From NCBI GenBank assembly GCA_038496445.1, contig JALMLS010000420.1, positions 62,001 to 126,000 of the forward strand: a stretch of DNA of 64,000 bases, given 5' to 3'. The position numbers were made by a program, and so were the translations under genes. Of the stretch, positions 33,336-46,921 are shown one piece after another; the first letter of the stretch is position 1, and every line of letters begins with the position of its first letter. Source of the stretch: Trichosphaerium sp. ATCC 40318 (lineage: Eukaryota > Protista > Tubulinea). Below the pieces are notes generated by a model. The model saw only the letters and a program-made list of their open reading frames with translations. It ran no database searches and was not told the origin of the DNA.

Positions 33336-33755
33336 AAAGCTGCTTTTTGTTAAAGAGTAGCAAAGCAACCGATTCAGAAAAGAAATAACTAACAGTTCAA
33401 CCAATTTATTGTCACTGTCCCCGTGGATTCAACGAGTTATCACGTGCTGCAAGTTAAGTCGGTTTTCCGCAGTTTTGTTATCGCAGGCCGCCCGGCAGAA
33501 TCTGGTTCAAGTATTTATAGACGAGTTGTTCACTGCACTATGAGATAACCTTTCCCTAAACATACGATACTCTCGGAGCTATCAAAGAAGTGAAAGAGCT
33601 GAGAATACTCATAGAACAGCCCCAAAACTTTATTGCCTCACCCTTGAAATACAGAATTTAGTTGGTGTTGTGTTGGCTTAGTCCGCTTAAGTTATCCTTT
33701 GCAAAAAGTTTTTTTCAGTTTTTTTTTAGTACTCAAAAACCATATAAATTCCTGC

Positions 33756-36126
33756 ATGAGTGACGACGAGCCGCGAATATCCCAACGATTTACACTGGAT
33801 GAATTTGATGACTTGCTTTCCGATCTTGAAGGCAACATTAAAGACGTACGAACCAATTCATTCTATCCAGACGCGTATTAAACCAATACTAGATAGACGA
33901 AAGCCAGGAAAGCGACGGTATGTAAAAATCACATGTACAAAGAGAAACTGCATGGGTCGCCCAAAAAAGATCTATTCAAAGCTTTGTAACAACCCTGTTT
34001 TTAAAATTAATATCGTTTGGGTTGTCTGTTTCAAACGCGCTAGAAAAACCGTTTACTGCAAACACGGCTTTTTTGGACAATGTTAGAGGCGATTTATAAA
34101 GTAACACGTGATTTTTAGACTTTGACAACGACGCGCTCGATGATTTAGACGCTCTCGTTGAGGATTTAGCTGTTGATGATACACCAGTCGACTATGACGC
34201 GCGCGATAGTGCTAGCGACCTTGACGCCGTGCTAAAAAACCTTGATGACTTATCACAGCACCCAGGATCGAGCTCATCTTCAGTACGGGCTTTTCCTACC
34301 CATTTGAGCTTTTTTTGTTTTGTACTGCAAACCTTATTTAATTTAATTTCTATTTCTAGTCTAGTGACAATGAGGATGACTTTAATGATAAACGTGACTT
34401 TACCACACCTTCTCCTCCACCAACATCCCGGTTGAGTGAGCACAGGCGCATGTTTTTTTTGAAATTAATTAATATGAATTCGGTTGCATGACATTTTGCC
34501 TAGGGTTTTCAGATGGTTCCAAATCATCCAAGTCATCCAAATCATCCAAGTCATCTTCTTCGTCTGCAGGCTCTTTTGGCCAAAGCCAAATGAGAGCACC
34601 ATCTCCTCCACCTAGAAGAGATTCTCCTCCTCCACGGCCAATATCTCCTTCCCCAGCCGCTGTCTCCCCACCTGCGCCTCAACGCGCAAGGGTCGTAGAG
34701 CCAAGATATAGTCAGCCTGTATCACCAAGGGTCCGTTGCTACTGTTACATTTAATATTTAATTAACACATTTTGACAGCCTCGTCATGTACCTTCTCCAG
34801 GAGTTGTGCACTACAGACTAAGAGGCCCACGTGAAGTTTCTGTAGGAAATGGTGCTACGTACACTATAGAATCTGAAAATGATCAAAAGGCTCCTGTAAA
34901 CGTGGAGGAGCACAGGATGAGAGGCGAAGCATCTGGTTCAGGTAAACCACAAAAATCGTCTTTTTCTCTGAAACTATGTTAACCCCTGTCGTAGAAAATT
35001 TGAATGCAGTCATCCAAAGCGCTGGTCACGGAAAGACAAGTGTAACTTTCTACCCTACGCGTTCAGGCTCTTTGAGAATCACCATATACGTTGATAACAA
35101 GAGCATGTTTCAAAATGTTCTAGATGTTAGAGGTTTGTCAATTTATTATTTGGATATAGTATTATTCACTACGACTTTAGGTGCTGATGGAAGAGGTGGT
35201 AGTTCGTCAAGCGAGCAATACACTTTCGAGTGTCAAGGAGGAGGTATAGTCATATAAGAAAGAGTGTTATTAAATCTGTATAAGGCGTCCGAGGTGGTAA
35301 AATAGGCCAGCAAGCGTCGTTCAACATGGATGTCAAAAATCAAAACGGACAAATGGCTGTACGTCCCTTTCACTGATTCTTACTGTGTCCTTTAACTATA
35401 AATCACAGCGCCTTGATACCAATGATATTAGTGTGCGACTCACTGGTCCTTCTACTATAAACGCTACCATTTCTGACCGTGGCGGTAAACACGTCCTTTT
35501 CCTACTTTTTGTGTTCTTATCCTTCACGCAAGGTGGCAGATACGAGGTTGCTTATATCCCTCAAGTGCATGGCTCATACCAAATGCATATTGAGTGGCAA
35601 GGACAAGCAGTATTCGCTCAACCAGCCATTGTCAATATATCGGAAGGCACACAAATTACATGTCTTGATAAGAACTAACACATTGAAGGTGCTGATGCTC
35701 GCAATTGCGCTGTAATGAACTTTCCAAGCCATGCATCTGTTAATCAAAAGACTTCCTTCAGAATTCAGTGAGTCCTCCTTTTTGCTTCTTAGTCATTCTC
35801 ACTTTTATCCTTTAGGGCGAGGGGAAGAAGCGGTGCAAATCTCAACTTTGGTGGAGATGCCTTCAATGTCAGTGTTTCTGGTCCACAATCACCACGTGGT
35901 TTAGTAATGCGAGATATGGTGCGTACATTAAACAAAAGGGGTAATGTAATCTGACAAACAAAAAGGGAAACGGATCGTACGATGTGGAATTTACCATTCC
36001 TGGATCTGGCACATACTCCTTCACCATCACCCTCAACGGCCAGCACATATCGGTACGCACAACTTTTGGTCTCTTTTTCATACCAACCTTTTATTGAAGG
36101 GAAGCCCAATGGACCTCAGAGCGTGA
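33756..36126 (+). CDS. Protein with N-terminal LD-like motifs, Ser/Pro-rich linker and about 3 filamin-type Ig repeats
   Basis: FDDLLSDL, DDLDALVEDL, LDAVLKNL; PSPPPRRDSPPPRP; filamin repeats such as GGRYEVAYIPQVHGSYQMHIEWQG and GSYDVEFTIPGSGTYSFTITLNGQHISGSP. Confidence 0.8.
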
Positions 36127-36224
36127 AGATGCAAACACGTGTGCATTTAATAAGATTAATAAAAAAAAAAGTTGGTAGTCTTCCTTTTGGTGGTTTTTTT
36201 GTTGTACAAAACTGGATTTTCTTT

Positions 36225-39200
36225 TTATTCTACATACAAGGCATCCCCTGATATTGATAGAAGGGTATAACCTTGATCTTTACTTGTGCTCTCACGAAGC
36301 ATGAATGAGTCAACGCGATAGTTCAATAGGGCATTGCCACCCATGTTGGCTGTGTGCGCTTTCGCGATTGCATTGGCTTCTTTAATAAACTTGTGCGTGA
36401 AAGCCTGCATACCACCTTCTCTCCTAATAGCAAAGCTTTCCTTGACAAGATGGACATTAACTCGTCCAATGTTCCTCCGACCTAATTTCCCAGGTACAAA
36501 TGGCATCGGCGTTATCACAACACTTTCTCTTTTCACTGATCGCTTCGTTTTCTTGGTGACAGTACGTTCTCCGCTTTCATCCATATCAAATAATAGCTCC
36601 TCTGCCGAGGGTATGGAGTCATGCAGACTATCTGCACTCTTTCCTTGCGTCGTTTGAACTCTTGAACATTGTGAGTAAGTCAAAACACAAAAACCTTTGT
36701 ATTGTACCTTGCTGGCGCTAGATTGGCTTCTATTTTGATAGGATCACTTCGCCTTGACTACATAAACCGTAAGAGAAACTAGTGATTTTAAAGATCTTGT
36801 ACCTTCATGGGTATGAAGTCATCCTTTTCTTTTTCTGACTTTGTGGTTTTCTTTGATTTCTTTTTTTTTGGAGTAGATGATACACCATTGTCTGATTTTT
36901 TACTTGATGGAGAGTTGCTTTGGACCTTAAGCTGTTCAACTATTTGTGCGCTGACAGATACGATCAAAGAGTCATCTGTCACGCTTGATAAAGATAATGA
37001 GAACTTTGTGAGTACTCTACTGACACCTGGCTTCACACACTAGCTCAAATACATTAGTGTGGCTGGTCAATAGATGACAATCTTTCTAACTTGCCTTAAC
37101 GTCAGCGTTCTGTAGAATAGCGTTTATCAGTATTGTCAATGGAGGTTGTGTTGCCTTCTCCTGCTTTTTAGGAGAGTAATCCGCAACAACAAAGTATGAT
37201 AATGCTTGTTGAAGCTGACACTTTGAAGGAGAGGATCCTGGAAAAATAGGTGTGCTCACTTGAGGCAACAAGAACTTGTGTACTTTTAATTGGGTTATAG
37301 CGTCTCCCAACAGGTACTCATCAACATCATCAACCTAAATAGGGCATTAAGGTACATATCACAAGGTATCGCGGTCATCACCTGTAGTATGTATTGCCCT
37401 TCAGTGGCTTCTGCTTCAAAGGATGTGTCTAGTTTTGGAGAGTGGCTAACTGATAGTTCGGCGCTGCTGGAGCTCTTTTTTTGCAGCGTGGTTGCTTTGG
37501 CTGGTTGTGTTATTTTTTCAGGCCTTCCATGAGCCAACCTAGTCTTAGGATAGAAGTGCACCGGTGATTTTGAGATACGAAGAACCTGAGAGTAAAATAA
37601 GCCTTGGGTGACAGCTTTACACTGATAAAGTACGTTTTTGTTGTATAGAGCAGTCATAGGCTTCTCTAACTTTGATGCTGGTGGGAGCAGAGGCGCGTTG
37701 GGACCAGACAAGGTTGTATTCTCCTAAATGAATGCGTTAACATTTGTAAGAGATGGTGACTCACCAGGTACAAACCAGTGCCATACACTGCACCAACCAA
37801 TACATTGTCCATAATGGCAATCTGCATGTCAATGCCTACTACTGCATTGTAGCCGTTCATACGAATTTTCAAGTCAAGAGATCGCATCAAATCATATATC
37901 AGAAATGGAAGCAACTAACAAACGTAGGCATGTTAGGACATGGCTGAAAATAATAATGATTCGACCTCACCTCAGACACAGCTCTAGCAGTGGATTCAGC
38001 ACTCTTTGCTTTTCGCTTATCCCTCGTTGCAGTAGCGTGTATTAACTTTCCAGGACCACGCATGCATGTCTAAATAGTACAATATTAGTCCGTCACCAAG
38101 TCGGGAACAAAGCATACTCCTGGTGGAGGGTCAATAGTTGCCAACACGAGCTCCGACTTTTGGTTCTTGCTGCCCCATTGTATGTTACTTGTAGGGCTAC
38201 TTGGCTGCTCTTCATCGAGTAAAGGTGGCCTACACTCAATGGCAGTACCCATAGCACTGCAAATGCAAACATCTTCACGCAATGTTGTAGTTTCAGTGTA
38301 TCCCGCAATGACATTGCAGCCCTAATCTTTTTGTTAACAAAGCAAAAAATACGAGATTTTACGTACAAGCGCCTTGGCATGTCCACTCATTTCATTACGT
38401 AGTTCTGACCACCATCCATCTCGAACACCAGTTTGCTTCTTCTCGCCATGCAGGTCAGGTATGATTTTTACTGAACGCGCCATAACTAAACCAGCAACAC
38501 GTGTTTTGTACCTAGACAATAAACAATGAATAAAACTATAAACACGTGTTTCGCGTCTTCGTACGAAGCAGGAAATGGTAATGTTTCCAATGTAAGAAAT
38601 GTTATATCAGCCATCGACAACATTGCCAATACCTCATTCTTTCGAATCTCTTCTGGGTGTACAGGAGTGCTATCGATAGGAGACGCTTGTAAGGAGTTTT
38701 TGGCTGATGTTGGATCAGTGTCAGACTGTGTATCTGGTTCAGACCGACGCTACAACAGCGTCAACAATAGATATATACAAGTAGCAACTATACCCTCAAA
38801 GTACAAGCTGTGCCATAAGCACGTGCCACTAAAGCATTTCCTTCAAAATCGAGGTGTTGTCGATACCCCAATACGACGTTACCGCCCATTTCCTTCACCT
38901 TGGAACCAATTTGGCGACGCAACTTACCAGTCACTTTCCACAGCGTGTATTGACGCGCTTCATTTGAAGACCTAAACAAAAATTTGAGTCCAAACTTCTT
39001 CACTCCACAAAAATGGTATTTACCTTGATGTTCTAACATTGTTTTTCCAATGGTATTCAGGATCCTCATCGACAATTAACTCTTCGGTGAAACCTTGTAC
39101 ATCCTGTATAACGAACCATTCAGGCGGTACACCAGCTAATCAGGGTTGTAAGAACAAGACGAGGCATAGGGTGAGATTACATGTATAAAATGTAACAGGC

Positions 39201-39874
39201 CCAATTTCAGCGACAGACGTGCTGAATGACAGAGCACCAAAAGATGCGATAAACACTGTAAGCTCCAATTCACCACGTATACCACGGATAGTATCATAAA
39301 TAGGAAACCAGCTATACTCAATGGGTTAGTTAGGCGCTTTGAGCATCATTGACACTTGACACATGTCTTCATCAAAAAAAAGTACCCATGAACCTGCAAT
39401 GGCGTTAGTTTAGCGTATAATGTAAGAACATACCTTGTGCTCGGCTGAAATCAGCAAATTATTCATGTCTATGTAAACAACGCCGATTATATCATCAGAA
39501 GAGATACGGTCGTGATCCCATACGCTTCATAAGACTATTAGGCCATAGTTTTTTGGTTTTGGCATAAAAACACAACGTACCGAAATTCAAGTGGATGCTT
39601 CATAAGCGCTGCATCGTTAGGAATTTCTATACGATATTGGAAGTCCCAGGTTGGATTTAACGTCTTGTGGCGAATGTCGGTTTTTTCGTTATACAACGAT
39701 GAACACTTCAACTTGGACGCGTCAGATACCCAGATGAGTGATTTTGATGCGAAAAAAATGCCAAAATGTTTTTTGAATGCTCACCTCCACGTAGGCATCA
39801 CTAGAATTAGTGACAGAGTCCATTACAGGTAAGTTTCTGGCTCCATGAATTATGCCCTTTATAATACTGGGCAT
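36225..39874 (-). CDS. C2CD5: C2 domain-containing protein 5 homologue
   Basis: N-terminus MPSIIKGIIHGARNLPVMDSVTNSSDAYVE; MGGNVVLGYRQHLDFE; RDGWWSELRNEM; C-terminus FTHKFIKEANAIAKAHTANMGGNALLNY..SISGDA. Confidence 0.9.
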
Positions 39875-40046
39875 TGTTGATATTATCTACATATACACTG
39901 CTACAGGTGGCTTCTCTCAATAGATGAATAAATGAAAAAGAAAGGTGAAGAATTAATTGCTTTTTGATCATTTTTTTTTACATTTTTTTCGACGGTCAAA
40001 TGACACGCCTCATTTATCGTTCATTTTAGGTTGACACGACCTATGA

Positions 40047-40514
40047 TCATCTCTTTCTACGCTTAGTTTGTTTACGTTTAATTTCAGGAGTAGAGTCGTC
40101 TGCTGGTAGCCAGTTCAAGCCGTTTTGAGCGAAGTGAGTCCAAGCTGGTGTACAGACCTAAAACGAGTCAGATAACCGAAAGAAATTTTAAACTATTCGC
40201 TCTTGCGCGTACCAATAAGGAAATGATCATTCCAGCGAGTACTGTTGGTAAAATAATTATTAATATTTAATTTTTCACAAAGAAATGTTGCAAACGCACC
40301 AATGTACATGGTGACTTGAAAATCTTGTTGCATGTAGCCTACAGCTCCACCAATAATCTTTAAACAACTGATCAGAACCAAAAACGACATAAAACTTGTT
40401 TATTGTACCCCAGCCACGCATAAAATAACTTGGAAGTATCGCTCAGCTGTTTGCTGGCCAACATGGTCCTACGCGTACGTTTTTCTTTACAATCACTACT
40501 TTTTAACGTACCAT
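40047..40514 (-). CDS. SPCS1: Signal peptidase complex subunit 1 (SPC12)
   Basis: Spliced MDHVGQQTAERYFQVIL..IIGGAVGYMQQDFQVTMY..VPAW..LNWLP. Confidence 0.9.
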
Positions 40515-40674
40515 AAAGAAATTACGCTCAAACAAACCACAAACGGCCATGTTTAAAATGTCGAGTCACTACTTGGGTTTTCACACTTAACAGTTTAAGC
40601 GACGAGTAAAGGAACAGAAATCTTGGACGATATTTTAGAAGCGATTTTTATTAAGGTATCAGTACAACGACGAT

Positions 40675-42086
40675 CTAAACCAAAGGTTTTTGTCCAGCCA
40701 AAGGTGACATTAATTGTTCGTTGACAGGCTTCGAAGCAAGTTTTTGTGCGTCTAGTCACGTGATTAGAACCAAAACTTGATTGAAAACAAAAAAAAAACC
40801 AATAGTATGCTTACTCGTAGCGTGAGAGATGTGCTTGGCGTCCATGCCTGTTTGAGGCTTTTGTCCAGCAAGAGGGGACTTTACTTGTTCGTTTATGTCC
40901 TTTTTGGCGAGTTTTTGGGCCTCTGTGAACACAGTTAGCGTTGTCGTTAACAAAGCGACGTACTGAGGGCGTTTTGAGTTTCGACACTGTCCAAACCCTT
41001 CTTTGGTGCTTGTCCGGCGAGTTCTCCTCTTACTTGTTCGTTTACATCACTCTTAGCAAGCTTTTGGGATTCTAAGAGACTTGTAAGCCTTAGTACACAA
41101 AAATAGAAAACGTACTGAGAGCATGTTGGGTGTCGACACTGTCCAAACCCTTCTTTGGTGCTTGTCCAGCGAGTTCTCCTCTTACTTGCTCATTTACGTC
41201 TCTCTTAGCAAGTTTTGTTCCCTCTGTATTAAAGTCAGATCGGCAACTTGTTATTAGTGCGTACTCAATGCAGTTTGCATTTGTGGGGTATCAGTGGTGT
41301 TGTAGTTAGAAGTACCATGGCTTTCACCACGAACTTGCTCGTTAACAATACTGACATTACGGGTGAGCTTGGTTCCCTCTGTAGTACATTAGAAGAGTAA
41401 TACGAAATATAGAAAGTCACATACTCATTGCCTCTTTGACGCCCATGGAGTCAGTGCCGAGTTTACCTCCTTGGCCAGCCAATTCTCCGCGAACCTACAA
41501 TGAACTTGTCAGATTGAAGAAAAACAACCCAAAAACCGCAAAAAAAAATTTACCCCACGTGCGCTTTACCTGTTCGTTGACGTTCGAAGCAGTAATCTTT
41601 TTGACTTCTACAGCGCGACCAATGTGCTTACCGTCAAGTCCTTCCTTAGAACCTTGACCTACAAGTTCGCCACGGAACTAACGACAAACACGTGAGCAAG
41701 AACGCGGTATAGCGGTATAGTACCTGTTCGTTGACCAAACGGCGGGTCTTGGATGTATTTTCTAGCGAGTTTGTGAGAAATCAAGTGTGCACAAAAAGAT
41801 TGCGAGCTGCCAACGGCAGGGACGTACCAACAGATTTACCAATGTGCATGGAGTCCAAACCTTCTGCAGACTTACGACCAGCATGCTCGCCTCTGACTTG
41901 CTCGTTGACTTTGTTTACGCTCTTGTTGAGCTTTGTGGCCTCTTAAAAGTAGGTTAGTTACGTCCTCGACGCAAAACAACGTACTCATGGCGTTTGCCTA
42001 CAACGGGTTAGACAAGATAACTACATACAGTATAGACATACCATTTTGAAGTCCATCCATGCTTTTGGTGTTGGTTTGCCTGCCAT
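40675..42086 (-). CDS. Tandem ~36-aa repeat protein (8 x NEQVRGE-type units), nebulin-repeat-like
   Basis: Units such as VNEQVRGELAGQAPKKGLDSVDTQHALKSQKLAKSD. Near-identical duplicated exon segments at about 40981-41040 and 41132-41191. Confidence 0.75.
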
Positions 42087-42410
42087 GTTGTCGCTTAAAG
42101 GTGTGATGAGAAAGTTTGTGAGTGTGACGCTTAGACTGTTGACATACCATAACTTAAGTACCACGTGTGAACTGCACAGAGCGGTATGCAGTAAAGAAGG
42201 GTTTGTATTAATACGCACGTGATACTATGAGTTTACTTTCCTTTGGAGAAGCAAGGCACTATTTTCAGAATAGGCATGCGCCCACGTAAAGCGCGTTGGT
42301 TGCGTTGTTTAGTATGATAAAGCGCGGCTTTTGTTGTGAACGCATAAAACGTAAAATAACCAAAAACCGCACAAACAAAAGTAAGGTACAAATTTATTTG
42401 CGATATGACA

Positions 42411-43657
42411 CTAAAACAAGCCGTTTCTGTAATCAACCATTGCTTGCATAATCTCTTCCTGCGTGTTCATAACAAAAGGACCGTATTTAGCGACAGGCTC
42501 CTTTATAGGCTTTCCACTTAATAGTACAAAATCAACACCCTCTTTAGTCTGCACAGAAAGGGATTCTCCGGCGTCAAACACTAAAACAAAAAAAAAACGT
42601 TAATAAACTCCTAGATTATTTCCATTCTTTTACAACGCACTTAGTAATTGCCCTAGACTTCAAGAGTTAATTTGAGAGAAAAAGGAAGTGAGATGGTTTA
42701 TTTTGGTTTCTTGAAAATAAAATACTGCACAACATGCCTTCTTTGCCTGCAACGCTGTCCTTTCCAAATTGACCTTCACCTTTCAAAACATAAACAAATC
42801 CATCTAAATTGCTTGGTACTGCTTGCTCAAAAGTAGCAGACTTTTCTAAAGTCACGTGTAGGTACGTAATTGGAATATGAGTGTAAACTAGGATTACACG
42901 TGAGCGAAGAGCTAACATACTAAATGTAGAAATAGAAAAAAATTGTCCTATTCAAATGTACCTTTCGCTTTAATGCCATATGACTCTCCAGCAATAATAC
43001 GAACAGTGACACCATCCTTGTTGTAATTTGGGATTTGCTCTTTTGTCAGCTCTTGGTAATTTGGATCCTTCATCTTTTGGGCCTTTGGAAGGTTTACCCA
43101 CAATTGCAGCCCGTGGTTAACTTCTGGAGTACCAGGCATCTCACTGTGGACAATACCGCGACCTGCTGTCATCCACTGTACATCACCAACAGAAATGGTG
43201 CCTTCGTGGCCTTTGTTGTCCTTGTGCGTAAACTTTCCGTCCAACATGTATGTAACTGTTTCGAAACCACGGTGCTAGCGTTTGTCAGTGCTGCGTATGT
43301 AGTGTTAGCGTACTGGATGGTCCGGAAATCCGGCAGGTGCTTTGACATAGAATTCATCGAGCATAAGAAAAGGGTCTACGCTATCTAGTTGCCTAGTACC
43401 CACTGACCGGCGAACTTTTGCGCCTTGACCTTCTGACATCATTTTGGCCGTTATAACTTTCGAAATGCCTCTTCCTTTCGTTTCCGTCTTTGAAAGAGCG
43501 TTAGAAATGCACCTACAATGAAGGAGCGTGCCCAGCAAGTTCTGTTTTTATGAGCAGTTGTGATTTTGGCGAATTGGGGCGCACTAGCGTAACGAAAAGC
43601 GCGAGAGCATAGCTGGGCCGCTGTAAAAAATAAAATAAACGAATCATGACGTACCAT
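42411..43657 (-). CDS. Pirin family cupin protein
   Basis: [76 protein letters not shown]. Confidence 0.93.
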
Positions 43658-44014
43658 TGTTATTTTAGATTTAGATGGTGTTTCACAGCTATTCGATGCG
43701 TAAGAGAGCTGTTTGGAGGTGTTTTAGGACGTACATATCGTTTTCGCAAGAGTTGGCAAAGACTGCTTGTAGTGTTGCAATGAGTAACAATAGGACAAGT
43801 GGTGCTACTGTTAAGTGCATGGACTATTTAGCGGAGAAAAGTATTCTGGAATCGACCTTCCAGAACCTTCTACCACGTGCCCGAAATCAAACATCGATTT
43901 CTATCGTTTAAATACGCTCAGGATGATCACTTGATGGTGCGTTAATGTTTTTTTAGTGGTTTAAGGTAAGTCAGATCTTTTTTGAATTTTGAACGGCTCT
44001 TACTCACTTTAAAG

Positions 44015-46518
44015 ATGCAAGACGCGGTTGCGTCACATAAATGTTGGTTCTATTGGTTGTAAGATGTTTTCAAGTAATTTAATGCGTAGACTCCGCACAG
44101 GAAGAAGCCTTTCTACGGCATGCGCGTAATGTTATAGCGAGCGCTGAGCAAAAGGCAATTCAAGGACAAATCGACACAGCTGTCGCACATTACGCAGATG
44201 GCATAAAACTGGCACGCATAAAGATCAGTCGCGGTTTTTAACGGTGTTAGTTGCTTCTGGTTGCTAAAAAACGTACAATACCACTGTAACTACTGTTTTG
44301 ATGCTCTCATAGATGAAGCTACAACCCTTGGCCCTCTACAGGCCGAAATAGAAGAATGTATGCTGGTACGCCACAACTTACGAAAAACTGGTTTTTAACG
44401 CATAAAAAAGCGCGCTGAGGCTTTAAAATCAACAAACACGGACGACTCTATAAAAGGACCTCCACAGATAGATAGGGCGTCCAAACCTGTACCAACGCCA
44501 CAACCCCAAGCAAGCGACTCTAGTGATACATGGTTTGAATTTTTTTTGTCCCAGCGCTTTTTATTGACACCGTTGTTAATAGCACGTTTAATGTTGCGTT
44601 ATCAGTACAGCGCGTCAAAATGTACACAATTCGAGACTCAATTCGCCAACAAGTCAGTGACACTACGCACGTGTTACGAATTCTGACATCTGAAAACGGT
44701 AAATTAGCGCTTCTTCAACTTGGAGAACCAGGCACGGAGAACTACATATTTTTATCTGTCATACACTACAAATGATGGCTTACACCTTATCGTAGCAAGT
44801 CCACTCCTCACGTACGCGCTGACTGGTGATGTTCCTTGTATGGAAATTGATGAAGGCACGGCAGTTTTTTAATTGCTTTTTTTTTGACGATTGCTATCAG
44901 GACACTTCGTATTTCCTGAGAGTGATGGTTCTTTTATTGGTCTTACCTTTGCCGAGTAAGTAAACTCTACATTATACGAGAACTGTCAGTATTCTAACAT
45001 GTTTCAGTAATACACCAGCTGCATTTTTAAAGTTATTCGAGGCTAAGGTAGTCTTCCCTAACATTTTGTTTGATTGAGACTTACTTTCTCTTTTAGGTGA
45101 AAGAGTATGCTATTTTCAAGCAAAAAGATGCCCAAGAACCCGGACAGATAGTTGTCCACTCACCTGTTGTTGAAGATGTGCCTCTAAGTGAAGATGATTT
45201 CGAAGTACTGGATGATCCTGGAGAGGACTATGAGAATCATATTGCAACAGAAGAAAATGCGTTGATTGTAGCCAATGACACAAACGCCGTAAGCTTATAA
45301 ATATGTCCTTTTGTGTACTGCATCATACTAAGTTATTAATTAGGTGACTGTTCAACGTATAGCAGGAGGTATTGAATTCGGTTCTGTGGTGCTCGCCTAT
45401 GGTATTGATAAGGGCGCAGAAATGCTCCATGAAGGCATTCAGGCGTAAGAACTCAATGTGTTGCAATGCAACCTCTAATTTTCTTACAGTGGCGGTGAGA
45501 TGATTAAGAGCAGGATTACACCAAATGAAGAAGCAGCTGTGGTCAGTCCAGCACTTAAAACCACCGTCAGTGTTGCTGGACCTGTAGCTGATGTTGCTGT
45601 AAAAGGTTGGCGAAATATTTGATACACGTGCGCTTCTATTACTAACTGTTTGAGTCAGTGTCTGCATCAGTTGTTAAAGGAGTTGTAAAAATAGCTGAAG
45701 ATATTGGCAAGATAGTAGCAGATGAAGTCAAGAATAACATGACTGAATCAGAGGTTCGTCTCTAGTTTATCCAAATGTAGACATAGTAAAACTTAAATAG
45801 AAAGAAGCTGCTTCAGCAAATCCATACCTCCAAGCCGCCAAGGAAATTGGACAATCAACCTTGTTCGCAGTAGGTACATATCAAGACCAACAAAAGGAAG
45901 AACTGTAGGACTTGAACCTAATAGGTTTTTAATGCAGGTACCATTTGGAATAGTCTCGAAAATGCTGGAGATACTCTTGTAAACTCAACGACAACCAAAG
46001 CCTCGAATATTGTTGAGCATAAGTATGGCCCTGACGCTGCTCGAGTGGCTGAAGACATTGGCAGCATTTCTGTTAATGCTTACAAAACAACCCGAAATAT
46101 TAGAAGGTAATCAAAAAAAGCTACTTCTACAACCAACTTGTAACACTATGTATAGTTTGGGCGCAAAATCATTGTTAAAAAAGGTGGCTCGTAAAGGCGC
46201 TGTTAAGGCTAGTAAAGAATATCGTATGTTTGCATCATAGTGAAGCTCTACTAACTCTTTTTCACAGTTAAATCCACAGAGCAGCCTCCAAAACCTGATC
46301 TTGACTTTCCTGAAGAGGAAGTGGACGACGAAATACGACATGTACCAATACAACCTGATGGTATTGAACCTATTGATGTGGATCAACATGTGGGTGCTAG
46401 ATCCGTCATTGAGGACATTGATGAAGACAGTATCGAGGATGATGACACACAACCAAATCAACACGAAATTGAAGCTGAGAAAGCTCCTATTGAGGTCATA
46501 GGCGATCAAATTCAATAA
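44015..46518 (+). CDS. Spartin-like protein (MIT-like N-terminus + senescence domain, acidic tail)
   Basis: MIT-like AEQKAIQGQIDTAVAHYADGIKL..EECMLRAEALK; senescence-domain-like IAGGIEFGSVVLAYGIDKGAE, IVEHKYGPDAARVAED and KSLLKKVARKGAVK. Confidence 0.75.
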
Positions 46519-46921
46519 TTTATTTATCTTGCACAACAAAAAAAAACCAAAGTTTTTGAAGCTGAAAGCAGGTTCTTTATTATGCTGTAGTGTTTACTTC
46601 GGTACCAAGGAAATTATGTCAATCACTGGTAACTATGTATTGTACATCGAAGCCACAAACGTAGAGTGTTCAACAAAGGTTGATACACAACAATCTTGTG
46701 TTGTTTTGTTCAACTTGAAGAGTATGTAAATAAAATTTTTAAAGTTGGTTGTTCGGTCAGTAATTATTGTAACAAATGTTCACCTCACGTAATATAAAGC
46801 TCAGTGGTGTAGAAAATAATTGGGTAAGGTGATTATTATATTTTTTTGCAAACAACACGGAGTGGTTTCTTTTTTTTTTTCCTTCTTTTCAGCTGTTAAA
46901 AAATTACTTTTTTTATTCGTT

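Noticed and set aside
36334-36657. Antisense ORFs in the ORF track (this one, 14641-14934, 54998-55567, 56132-56383 and others)
   Set aside because: They are shadows of well-supported genes on the opposite strand, many with TTG or GTG starts that are irrelevant in a eukaryote.
43779-43911. Short ATG-initiated ORF upstream of the spartin-like gene
   Set aside because: 43 codons in a shared promoter region with no recognisable features. A uORF is possible but unsupported.
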